Below, piece after piece: positions 1-8,560 of a stretch of DNA of 64,000 bases; the first letter of the stretch is position 1; each line of letters starts with the position of its first letter. The stretch is taken from NCBI GenBank assembly GCA_050633305.1, contig JBOEGF010000036.1:64001-128000 (forward strand), in the 5' to 3' direction. The DNA comes from Nannocystales bacterium. Lineage in GTDB: Bacteria; Myxococcota_A; Polyangia; Nannocystales; Nannocystaceae. The notes beneath the pieces were generated by a model, which saw only the letters and a list, made by a program, of their open reading frames with translations, did not search any database and had not been told where the DNA came from. Both the position numbers and the translations under genes were made by a program.

Positions 1-107
1 CCGTGAACGTGGCGACCACGTGCGGCATCGTACAGATTGACGGATGCCAATTGGAGTCGGGCTTGGTATCGGCTGCCGTGAGGGTGTTCGTCCAGTATCC
101 TGGGAGG

Positions 108-794
108 GTGACGCTTCCGCCCAAATTCTTGGAGGCCGACTTCGACCTACTCGGATCCCTGCTGGAGTTCGACGTCGAGCGGAGGTTCGGACGTAAGGTT
201 CAGGTCCTGCATGCCTTCCTGAACAACGACTCGGTCGTTCGCACGGCCCACCAGCAGCGCCGCGAATGGAAGTCGCGGGCGAAGCCGGACCGGGCCTTCG
301 AGAACCTCGGCTCGGAAGCTCGCCACTGGTACACATTCAACGCGGGTGGTCGGACCGAGGCACAGCTCAACGTCGGGATGTTCGGCGGCAGGGATGGGCA
401 CCTCCGAATCGGGCTTGGCTTCGAGATGACCGAAAGAAAGGGCGGGCGGCCCGCGGCCGTCCAGTTCATCTTTGCGGCCTTCGTCAAGCTGCTGAAGGAG
501 CGGACCGAGCTCGTGCACAACGTCTCGCACTTCGTGGAGGAGATGGGCCTCGAGGTCGAGTTCTGGGGACCATCGTCAACCGAACTCGAGATCGTCGGGA
601 CGTCCGACGCGCTTCGGTTTATCACCAGCCTGACCAGGACGGCGCACTGGGTCTTCTTGGGCAAGCTCCTGCGCCTCGACACCGATGCGGCGGTTCTTGC
701 AGAGCCGGCCGACCTGGCCTCGGCGATCGACGACGTGTTCCGGGGCATCCTGCCGATCTGGCGGGAAGCCAACGTTGTGGGCTCGTTGGGGTAG
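108..794 (+). CDS. Hypothetical protein resembling the N-terminal domain of some HNH/restriction-type proteins
   Basis: ORF 3..794; GTG at 108 follows GGGAGG; contains WYTFNAGGRTEAQLNVGM; protein-like composition. Confidence 0.6.
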   Translation: MTLPPKFLEADFDLLGSLLEFDVERRFGRKVQVLHAFLNNDSVVRTAHQQRREWKSRAKPDRAFENLGSEARHWYTFNAGGRTEAQLNVGMFGGRDGHLRIGLGFEMTERKGGRPAAVQFIFAAFVKLLKERTELVHNVSHFVEEMGLEVEFWGPSSTELEIVGTSDALRFITSLTRTAHWVFLGKLLRLDTDAAVLAEPADLASAIDDVFRGILPIWREANVVGSLG

Positions 795-821
795 TCGAGC
801 AGCATCTATCCGGTAGCACGC

Positions 822-1480
822 ATGTCGGGGATGACGGTCCGAGGCGTGTGCATGAACTTTCCTGTTGAGGTAGAGCCCGTATCGTTCGACTCCATTTCGG
901 CGTCGGGCCGCGAGATCGATTCGCGGTATCTGGTGCCGCTCCGCCTGATGCGGGACGACGTGCTCCTCGTTGACACCATGCAGGTAGTTCCTCGCGAACG
1001 CACGGAAGAGCGGCGGGCGGACGATGTGGGCCAACATACGAGAGTCGGCGCGACCAACAGACGATGAACTATCCAGCCGCGGCCGGCTCCGGCATCGCTC
1101 GTCGAGCAGGCCGACCGATTCCCGGGAACGTGGAGTGGCCCCGGCGCTACCTCCTCGCGGCCGAGCGCTGGCTCGTGCTCACACTCGGGGTCGAGGCCGC
1201 CGCGTTCGCGCGCTGCGAGTCATTCTCCATTCTCCGAGACCCATCGGAAGAAACACGCGACGTTCTACGCCGACCCCGTTCCCGGCTTCCGTGATCTCGA
1301 CCTCGAAATAGTTGGTCGGTGATCGGGGGCAGCCTCTGGGAGCGGTTCCCGGACGACCGGGAAGAGTCGCCGTCGCCTTTGGTCGTTTCGTCAGTGCTAT
1401 CCCAGGGCTGGCGGGAGGTACGAACTCGAGAACCCTGACGAGGTGCTTGGGGTTGTTGGTCGGTCGGTCTCGCTAGCCTG
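822..1480 (+). pseudogene. Probable degraded gene of unknown family (ORF pieces 822-1067 and 1064-1294, with protein-like text continuing in other frames)
   Basis: Short co-oriented ORFs with ATGA overlap; segments TFYADPVPGFRDLDLEIVG and YELENPDEVLGVVG continue in shifted frames. Confidence 0.3.
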
Positions 1481-1562
1481 CCGCGCGCGCACGCCGGCGA
1501 CCACCGAGTGGGTTCGAGCCAGCTAGAAACGTCCGGCGGAACTCGAGCCAGCCGCGTTCCAG

Positions 1563-2870
1563 CTAGTCAGTCGGCGCTGGCTGGAGTGTCCTGCCATCAA
1601 GATCCAGGTACAGCTGCGCCGCGTCGTAGGGGCAACGTCGGGTGCCTCGGATCGTCCAAGGTTCGCGCATGCAGGTCTCGGCTCGTTGAGGCGCATCGCA
1701 GCAGGAGTACAGCGGGCACATCCAGCGAGCGGCTTCCTCCGATCGAAGCGACTGAACCAGGTGCGCCATCGAGCGAATGAGAAAAACCGCCTGCTCGCCC
1801 GGGGTCTCACGCCCTCCGGCAAAGACCTGCCCCTGGGCGTCCTCCATCGACGGCAAGGGAACCTCCTCGAAGAGCGGCCTGACGTCCAAGGATTGCTCCG
1901 GCGATTCGGGATCTGGCAACCGGTCCAGCGGGAACCGGCGCTCGCCGTTTCGGTTGCGCGCCAGGCTCAGGAGGGCGATCTCCTGGTACCATCTTAGGGC
2001 GACCAGGAGTGGGTCCTCGTCGCCTGCAGCGGCGTGGTGCTCGACGAACTCTTTCAGTGTCGCAGTGATCTGCGCCACCGTCCGATCGTAGGTCGCTGCT
2101 AGCGTGTGTCTCCGGCACCAGTCATAGACCTCCTCTCCCGACGGGTCTGTGCTGTTTTGGCCCATGTCGGAGAAACCATCCAGCAAGTTGAAGAGGTGCG
2201 GCCCTGGGGTCGGGTGTTGGAGGGCCCAATGGCACATTGCGATACGTTGCCGTGGGGTGTGGAGCCCGACCGTCGCCAAGATCCGATCAATCGCGACGTA
2301 CTCGAACGACGTCGATTCCAGGACGGGCTCGTCGTCGGCGAACAGCACCTGCAGCGCAACGGAGTACGCCTCCTTGATCTCCCAGGGGCCTACGCTGTGA
2401 TGCATGATCTCGCCAGAGATATTGTCGACGAACTTTGCCTTGGCCACCATCACTGGCTGCGACTCGGCGTCGATCGTCGCAGCTTCAAGGCAGTAGCCCT
2501 CGTAGGCCCACGGCGTCCCACTGCCCCAGGTCTCCCGGGGTTCCACCGCACGCCGAAGTCGAGGCTGAGCGAAGTACCATGGGTCATCTATGGCGGATGG
2601 ATCGTCTGTCAGTGGGAGCGTCACCGCCTCCCCCATGTGCCGAACTGCGCGCTTCGTCGCGTGGACCGAGTCGAGGAAATGAATGAAGTCGATCGCCCCG
2701 TACACCGAGCACAAGTCCTGCAAGAGGTGACCGTACTCGTGCATGAACGTCCACAGACCGTGGGGAAGAGGCTGTCCCGTATCTGGGTCCAGCACATCCT
2801 CGCGAAACCATATGTAGAACGCGCTCGGCCGGTAGTAGGAGCGCCCTGAGCTATCGTGGCGGATTGGCAT
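1563..2870 (-). CDS. HEXXH zincin-like protein with C-terminal Cys cluster
   Basis: TFMHEYGHLLQD; downstream EIKEAYS as possible third ligand; C-terminal CPLYSCC...C..EPW...CPY; ATG at 2870 preferred over 2948. Confidence 0.7.
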   Translation of the reverse strand: MPIRHDSSGRSYYRPSAFYIWFREDVLDPDTGQPLPHGLWTFMHEYGHLLQDLCSVYGAIDFIHFLDSVHATKRAVRHMGEAVTLPLTDDPSAIDDPWYFAQPRLRRAVEPRETWGSGTPWAYEGYCLEAATIDAESQPVMVAKAKFVDNISGEIMHHSVGPWEIKEAYSVALQVLFADDEPVLESTSFEYVAIDRILATVGLHTPRQRIAMCHWALQHPTPGPHLFNLLDGFSDMGQNSTDPSGEEVYDWCRRHTLAATYDRTVAQITATLKEFVEHHAAAGDEDPLLVALRWYQEIALLSLARNRNGERRFPLDRLPDPESPEQSLDVRPLFEEVPLPSMEDAQGQVFAGGRETPGEQAVFLIRSMAHLVQSLRSEEAARWMCPLYSCCDAPQRAETCMREPWTIRGTRRCPYDAAQLYLDLDGRTLQPAPTD

Positions 2871-3111
2871 CGTTCGACCTGTGACTGTGTTCGCGCACCC
2901 GCTGCACGCGGCGCGAGTCTCCAAGATACGCGAGGCGGGCCCCTTCATTCGCTATGTGGACCAGAATGGGCCGTTGGCCTGATATTGATCGGTCAGGCCC
3001 GCTCTCCAGCACATGGCGGCCTTCAGCAGCGTCAGCCTGGTTTGTTGGCAATGAGCGACGTTGGAGGCGCTCTGGCCCGGTTCAGCGTATCCTTCGCTCC
3101 TGCACTCGCTG

Positions 3112-3936
3112 ATGGACACGACAAATCTCCATTCCGAGCTCGAAGTGGTTCTTCGCGCTGGCACCCACCAGCTCGTCTTCATTGACGACGGTGGAGCCGG
3201 GCACCACACTATGGACCCCGATATCCTTGTTCAGGACCATCTTAGTTTCACCGCGGTCATTGTCCCAGCGTGCTCCTTTATCCCGTTGAACGACGCCTTC
3301 GTTTCGTGGCTGTCCGAGGTGCAGAAGGACGCCCCGTCCGTCACCGAGCTTCATGCCACAGCACTCATCAACCCGAAGCGCGGCCAGCCTTGGCGGGACG
3401 TCAAGGATGTGGACGTGCGAGCCGGGCATCTCCGGCGCGCCGCCGACGTTTTCCTCCCCCATGTGGAGACCGTCATTCACGCCCACATCGGCAAGGAGCA
3501 GTACGAATCTCTCCTTGCCTCGCATGCCGAGCAGGTGGATGGCCTCTACGACCATGTCAAGAAGGACCTCACGAAACACAAACATGGCCTCGAACTCGTG
3601 ACGCTGCAGGCGGTCGCAAAGCACGTGCAGAAGCGCGGGGTTCCTTCCGTAGTATTCGAGGATGAGGGGCGCTACAGGGTGAAGAACAAGGACGAATGCA
3701 CGGTGAAGTTCATGTTCGATCCCGTCGTTCCGATGTGGAGAGGTGCTGTTGTCTACCAGCCTTCGCACGCGTGGCCAGGGCTGCAGGTCGCAGACATGCT
3801 GGCAGTTGCATTCGCGCGCGAGTACGTCACCGCTCAACGGGTGCGGATTGGCAAGCACCCTCTCCCTTTCGATCGTGTTTGCAAGCGAATCCGCGAGCAG
3901 GTCGCCGAGAAGAAAGTCTTCGCCTTCGACGCCTGA
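3112..3936 (+). CDS. DUF3800-family protein (RNase H-like fold)
   Basis: Motifs VFIDDGG, TELHA, VFEDEG and GLQVADMLA match the DUF3800 pattern D(E/D)xG...ElH...lQxADxxA. Confidence 0.75.
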   Translation: MDTTNLHSELEVVLRAGTHQLVFIDDGGAGHHTMDPDILVQDHLSFTAVIVPACSFIPLNDAFVSWLSEVQKDAPSVTELHATALINPKRGQPWRDVKDVDVRAGHLRRAADVFLPHVETVIHAHIGKEQYESLLASHAEQVDGLYDHVKKDLTKHKHGLELVTLQAVAKHVQKRGVPSVVFEDEGRYRVKNKDECTVKFMFDPVVPMWRGAVVYQPSHAWPGLQVADMLAVAFAREYVTAQRVRIGKHPLPFDRVCKRIREQVAEKKVFAFDA

Positions 3937-4090
3937 TGTGTGGACACGCGGCCTGCCACTTTCCGTTCTGGGCGCAGAGCGCCCGGATGCCGGTCCGAGA
4001 TTGGGGCGGTCGCGGAGAAGGCCCGGGCGGTGCGAGCGCGTGCCCGTGTTGCCGGCCGAGTTCGTCTTGGCAATCTGCGGCTTGTCGATC

Positions 4091-4120
4091 TTGACGGTCC
4101 TGCGTGGGGATGGATATCTT
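4091..4120 (+). promoter_or_regulatory. Possible sigma70-type promoter for the 4208-7068 operon
   Basis: TTGACG-N18-TATCTT, about 90 bp upstream of the ATG at 4208. Confidence 0.3.
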
Positions 4121-4207
4121 GGCACCGTAACGCCCGTTGTACGTTTGCCTTGGCGGCATGTGCTCTTAGGCGGCCGCTCCATGAGCATCGGGAGTTTGTG
4201 AGGGCAG

Positions 4208-4975
4208 ATGGGCCACATCCGGCTTGGGAAACTTCCACGCACGAGACGCTGGGCAGAGGTCGTCGACCTCTTGGGCCTCGGTGCGGGCTCCGCTGCGGTC
4301 GCCGCCGCCACCCTCGACGCGGCCGAAGCGGACCTACGCGGCGCCCCTGAAGACCCCGCTGTCCTTCACGCTTTCTGGCTGCTGACGCAGCTCCCTGACG
4401 CGGCGCGTAGCAGCGACTTTGCCGGCGCACTTCGTGACATCGGGGTCCAGGTCGAGAGCGCGCCCACGGTCGCCGAGCTCGGCGCCGCGCTTACCCGGGC
4501 CATCGACCGGCACGCGCTCCAACAGCGCAACATGTCCGACCTCGGCGAGATGGCACAGCTTGCTGTCGTCCAGAGCCTGACGGGTCTGCTGCAAGCCCGC
4601 GTGCCGACGCTCTTCGGGACTACGCCCGACGACGTGCGCTCGGAGGTCGCCAAGCTCGCGACCGGAAAACAGTTTGGGATGCTCGCCAAGGAGTTCTTCG
4701 CCGGCTTCTCGCAGCGGTTCCTCACCTACTACACCAGCCGCGAGCTGCCCTCCCACGTCGGACGGGGCCGAGCGTTCCCGGAGCTGACGGACCACGAAGC
4801 GTTCAACCAGGCGCTCGACATCCATTGTCAGCAGGCGTCGCGGATCGTCGAGACCTTCGCGGGCACCTGGTACTCGAAGAGCCGATACGAGAAGACGCTA
4901 ACTCCCGAGCGCATGGCGGGGTTTGTCGGGTACGCGCTGGGCAAGATGCGGCGCGAGCTGAGGCGGGGGGGCTGA
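4208..4975 (+). CDS. Helical protein coupled to QueC-like gene; QatB-like partner with N-terminal Gly (MGHIRLG...)
   Basis: 255 aa ORF; GAGGG before ATG; stop overlaps the next start (TGATG at 4973-4977). Confidence 0.75.
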   Translation: MGHIRLGKLPRTRRWAEVVDLLGLGAGSAAVAAATLDAAEADLRGAPEDPAVLHAFWLLTQLPDAARSSDFAGALRDIGVQVESAPTVAELGAALTRAIDRHALQQRNMSDLGEMAQLAVVQSLTGLLQARVPTLFGTTPDDVRSEVAKLATGKQFGMLAKEFFAGFSQRFLTYYTSRELPSHVGRGRAFPELTDHEAFNQALDIHCQQASRIVETFAGTWYSKSRYEKTLTPERMAGFVGYALGKMRRELRRGG

Positions 4976-7068
4976 TGTCGTCGTCCCTGCCTCGGAGTGT
5001 GCGTCACGTCGCCTGTGGGAGCGCCGCTCGCAGCGCCCCCGAGGATGCGCTGCGCCTGAAGCTCCACGGGACGTCGCCGAGCTTCAGCGTCGACGTCGCG
5101 GGCCTCGACCAACAGCTGACGACTCGTGTCGCCCCGCGCTTCAGGGATCTCATCCGCCTCGCGTCCTACGTCCTCGTCGCAGACCAGGCGGTCACCCGTG
5201 GGGAAGAGGACTCCCTCGACCTGGGGAAGCGCTGGCGCCGCGAGTTCAAGTTCGTCGTCGGCGTCGAGGACCTCAACGTTTGGGACTGCGACGAGATGCG
5301 CGACGTTCTCGAGTCGACGCTGCATACCCTCACCGACGACTTCTACACGTTCGAGTTCGTGCCGCAGCTCGACTCCGAGCCTGAGCAGCTCAACTTCGGC
5401 GCCGTGGGCGACGACCCCTTCCTCCCCCTCGAAGGCTTCGCGTCGGTGCAGCTGTTCTCCGGTGGGATGGACTCGTTCACGGGGGCGGCCGAGGAGATCC
5501 TGGGCAGCGATCGAGACGTCATCCTCGTGAGTCACCGGTCGGCGACCAAGACTTGGAAGCTTCAGCGGGACCTGATCGACGACCTCCGCCAGCGAGCTCC
5601 GTCGCGCCGCATCCTCCACGTCGCTGTGAGCATGGTGAAGCATGCGAAGGAGCTTCGCCGCGAGCGAACCCAGCGGTCGAGGTCGTTCCTGTACGCCGCC
5701 CTGGCGGGGACGGTGGCCAACCTGGTGGGCCTCGACTTCATCCGATTCTACGAGAACGGGATCGTCGGCATGAACCTCCCTGTGCTACCGCAAGTCATCG
5801 GCACGCGGGCGACGAGGACAACCCATCCGGAGGTGCTGCGGGGCTTCTCAAAGATCCTCTCGCTCCTTGGCTCCCAGAGTATGCGGGTCGAGAACCCGTT
5901 CGAGTTCTTGAGCCGCGCCGAGGTGGCCGGGCGGTTGAACGGCGCCGGTGCCATCGACGTGCTGAGCAAGACCGTCAGCTGCGCGCACGTGCACAAGAGC
6001 AGCAAGATGCATCCGCACTGCGGCGTCTGCTCCCAGTGCGTGGACCGGCGCATCTCAATGCTGGCGGCCGGATTCGCCGAGCATGACCCTGCCGAAGGCT
6101 ACGCTGTGGACATCCTCCGCGGTCAGCATCCCACGGGCGAGGGCGACGTCCTGACCGAGCGCGACCGCACGATGATTGTCGGATACGTCCACGCCGCTGA
6201 CCGCTTCCGAGACCTCGCTTCGCCACTCGAGCTTCAGCACCGGTATCCCGAGGTCACCCGAGCGCTACTCGGCCTGACCGAGCGCTATGTCATCGACGCC
6301 GATGAGGCGCTCCGGCGTGTCTACGAGGTGCACAAGCGCCACGGTGATGGCGTCGGTAGGGCCGTCGAAACGCTCTTCGACTCGGACACGGTCAGGGCGC
6401 TGCGGAAGCCGAACGGCATCCCTGCTGACAGCCTCCCCGCGCTCTTGGGTGCGCGCGGCCTTGGCATGTCCGGATCCCATCAGCAGAAAGAGGAGGTGGC
6501 TCTAGAGATCGTGCCGGCAGATGCCGAGCATGTCTTCCGCCGGCAGGGGCAGAACTGGACGCTCAAGTACCGGGGCGGCAAGCCGCTGATCATGAAGCAC
6601 ACGAAGGGGCTGAACTACATCAGCTTCCTGTTCCGGCACCCGAGTGAGGAGCTGACTGCGTTCGCGCTGATCGACCTAGACGAGGGGCGTGAGGTCGGCC
6701 GGCACTCGCTGTCTACGTCGTTCTCGATCGACGCGAAGACGCTCAGCTCGGTGAAAGGCAAGATGCGGGAGCTCAAGTCCGCCCTCGCCGACGCGATCGA
6801 GTACTGCGACGACGCCGGAGCCGCTCGCATCCGGGCTGAGATCGAGACGCTTGAGGACTACGTGAGTCGGGAGACCGGGCTCGGGGGAAAGGTCCGGCGG
6901 GAGTCGCCGGACCGGAAGAGGGCGAGATCGTCGGTGTCCAATGCCATTACGCGCGCTATCGGCACGGTGCGCAAAGAGCACCCAGCCTTCGCCGACTACC
7001 TAAAGCGGCAGATCCAGACCGGGTTCTTTCTCCAGTATCGCGACGTCAGCACCCACTGGCTGTTGTAA
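4975..7068 (+). CDS. QatC-type QueC (7-cyano-7-deazaguanine synthase-like PP-loop ATPase) fused to a putative C-terminal DNA-binding domain
   Basis: PP-loop LFSGGMDS; ERTQRSRSFLY; YENGIVGMNLP; TRTTHP; Zn site SC...HCGVCSQC; C-terminal FRRQGQNWTL...KGLNYI...RARSSVSNAITRAI...HP..ADYL...IQTG. Confidence 0.85.
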   Translation: MSSSLPRSVRHVACGSAARSAPEDALRLKLHGTSPSFSVDVAGLDQQLTTRVAPRFRDLIRLASYVLVADQAVTRGEEDSLDLGKRWRREFKFVVGVEDLNVWDCDEMRDVLESTLHTLTDDFYTFEFVPQLDSEPEQLNFGAVGDDPFLPLEGFASVQLFSGGMDSFTGAAEEILGSDRDVILVSHRSATKTWKLQRDLIDDLRQRAPSRRILHVAVSMVKHAKELRRERTQRSRSFLYAALAGTVANLVGLDFIRFYENGIVGMNLPVLPQVIGTRATRTTHPEVLRGFSKILSLLGSQSMRVENPFEFLSRAEVAGRLNGAGAIDVLSKTVSCAHVHKSSKMHPHCGVCSQCVDRRISMLAAGFAEHDPAEGYAVDILRGQHPTGEGDVLTERDRTMIVGYVHAADRFRDLASPLELQHRYPEVTRALLGLTERYVIDADEALRRVYEVHKRHGDGVGRAVETLFDSDTVRALRKPNGIPADSLPALLGARGLGMSGSHQQKEEVALEIVPADAEHVFRRQGQNWTLKYRGGKPLIMKHTKGLNYISFLFRHPSEELTAFALIDLDEGREVGRHSLSTSFSIDAKTLSSVKGKMRELKSALADAIEYCDDAGAARIRAEIETLEDYVSRETGLGGKVRRESPDRKRARSSVSNAITRAIGTVRKEHPAFADYLKRQIQTGFFLQYRDVSTHWLL

Positions 7069-7180
7069 GAGCTGGCTCTCGACGACGGCCGGCAGAGCGA
7101 GGTGAATTCCGAGCGCTGTTTTTCGCACTCGGAGGGATCCGTTTGCATGCAGGCTGTGTACGGGCCGAAAAAACTATGCC

Positions 7181-7222
7181 GCTACGCCTGACGTAGCGCC
7201 TGCAACGCGGCCCGTAGCGCCT
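7181..7222. repeat. Two tandem 21-bp units, each an inverted repeat GC(T/A)ACG-N5-CGTAGC; operator-like
   Basis: GCTACG cctga CGTAGC gcct / GCAACG cggcc CGTAGC gcct. Confidence 0.7.
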
Positions 7223-7269
7223 CCGGGTTGAGCCATGTCGGCTCGCAAATACCTGACCCGGAGGTTCAC

Positions 7270-7773
7270 ATGAAGCCCCAAGAAAAAACTGAGCGGAGCT
7301 GCCGAAGGTGTGGCGGACTCGTCGGCACCCGATGCGCTGTCCACGCCCACGATAAGCACACGCGCGCCAAATCCGTGGCCCGCGATCGCGTGATGACCGT
7401 CTGCCCGTGCCGCGCCGAACTCGATCAGAAGACGAGTGGGGAGCGGGGCCTGGAGCTGTGCGCGGCCACGACGGTCAGCGACGCTCGGAGTGCAGCTCAT
7501 AGGCCTCGGGTCCAGCGGCCGCCATCGCAACGGCTTGCGCACGCCGTCCGTCTTGTTCTGGGCCGTCGCACCTTTGACCGTGTCCTCGGCCCCACGATGG
7601 CGGATGTGTATCTTGAGTGGGTCGAGGCCCATTCTTCCGGAGATCTGGTCGAAGCGAAGCGCGTGAGAATTCGGTCGGCTTTCTGCTTGTCTTGGGCCGC
7701 GGTGGCGTATCTGTTGGGACGCGTCGCGGTGGTCATGGACGACTTTCGGAAGAACTTCGGTCCGAAGCGTTGA
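7270..7773 (+). CDS. Hypothetical protein with N-terminal Cys/His cluster
   Basis: GGAGGT RBS before ATG at 7270; CRRC, CAVH and CPC motifs. Confidence 0.45.
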   Translation: MKPQEKTERSCRRCGGLVGTRCAVHAHDKHTRAKSVARDRVMTVCPCRAELDQKTSGERGLELCAATTVSDARSAAHRPRVQRPPSQRLAHAVRLVLGRRTFDRVLGPTMADVYLEWVEAHSSGDLVEAKRVRIRSAFCLSWAAVAYLLGRVAVVMDDFRKNFGPKR

Positions 7774-7873
7774 GGTCGATTGAACGGGGAAGCCGCTCTC
7801 GCTGGAGCTCTGCTTCGTACTGTTTTGGGGACAGCGACGATGGTTCCTCGGTCCCCCGCGTCCGCGTCCGCGT

Positions 7874-8128
7874 TCAGATTTTTTTGCGATATTCGTTTGC
7901 CACGACCTCAACAATCATCCCGCCGGGCGCATCCACTCCGATTGAGAGAAGAAGGGTCGTCAGGAGGCCGTCAACCCTTCTTTGAGCATCGTTCGAAAGC
8001 GACGCATACTTCGCGAAATCCCCTCCGGGGATCAGCTCCTCGATGTCAGTCGCGAGAGCCCCTTTCCTCAGCTGTTCAGGCTCCGAAAGGCTGCGATATG
8101 CGTCAGCGATCTTCTTGCGGCGTCCCAT
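7874..8128 (-). CDS. Small hypothetical protein
   Basis: ORF 7874..8143; protein-like from MGRRKKIADAY. Confidence 0.45.
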   Translation of the reverse strand: MGRRKKIADAYRSLSEPEQLRKGALATDIEELIPGGDFAKYASLSNDAQRRVDGLLTTLLLSIGVDAPGGMIVEVVANEYRKKI

Positions 8129-8437
8129 ACCCGATCTAAACACACTGTTTCACCTCTTCCAACGGCAGGCCATGGCTCATGGCCAAGGGGCTGGCTGGAC
8201 GGGGGTGGACGGAGGTTGGGGTCCTCGGCTTTTTGGGTTTGGGGACCTGGCGCTTTGGTGCTCAGGTGTTCGGCCGGTGCTATGGTTCCGACGCTCGTGT
8301 CAATGGCACCACACGGCGCGCACTTCAGGAGCGTGTTTGAGCAGCCCGAGTGTGCCACGGTAGAGCTGCGGCCCGCGCCCTCGACCGAGCACTTCTCCGG
8401 AAGCGACTCGTCAACGCGGAAGGCTGAGCCCGGGAGC

Positions 8438-8560
8438 CTCGGCCGCCCCGAGGCCTGCACCAACGACCTGTTCAAGGAGAAGTGCGACGCTGCGTGCGAG
8501 CACGTGTTCGAGAGCTACTGCGGCGACGGCCCAACCAAGTGCGGAGCGGCATCAGCGTGA
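8438..8560 (+). pseudogene. hsdR: Relic of the extreme C-terminus of a type I restriction subunit HsdR
   Basis: PEACTNDLFKEKCDAACEHVFESYCGDG resembles the HsdR C-terminal pattern LPxxYTxxLFxxKCxxVxxHVxESY; stop overlaps the next GTG. Confidence 0.5.

Noticed and set aside
3082..4311. 409-aa minus-strand ORF
   Set aside because: Antisense shadow of the DUF3800 gene; no motifs.
4825..4974. N-terminal extension of the QueC ORF (747 aa)
   Set aside because: Overlaps the upstream gene; the coupled ATG at 4975 is more plausible.
4975..7068. Housekeeping queC for queuosine synthesis
   Set aside because: About three times longer than QueC, has QatC-type motifs and an extra domain, and there are no que genes nearby.
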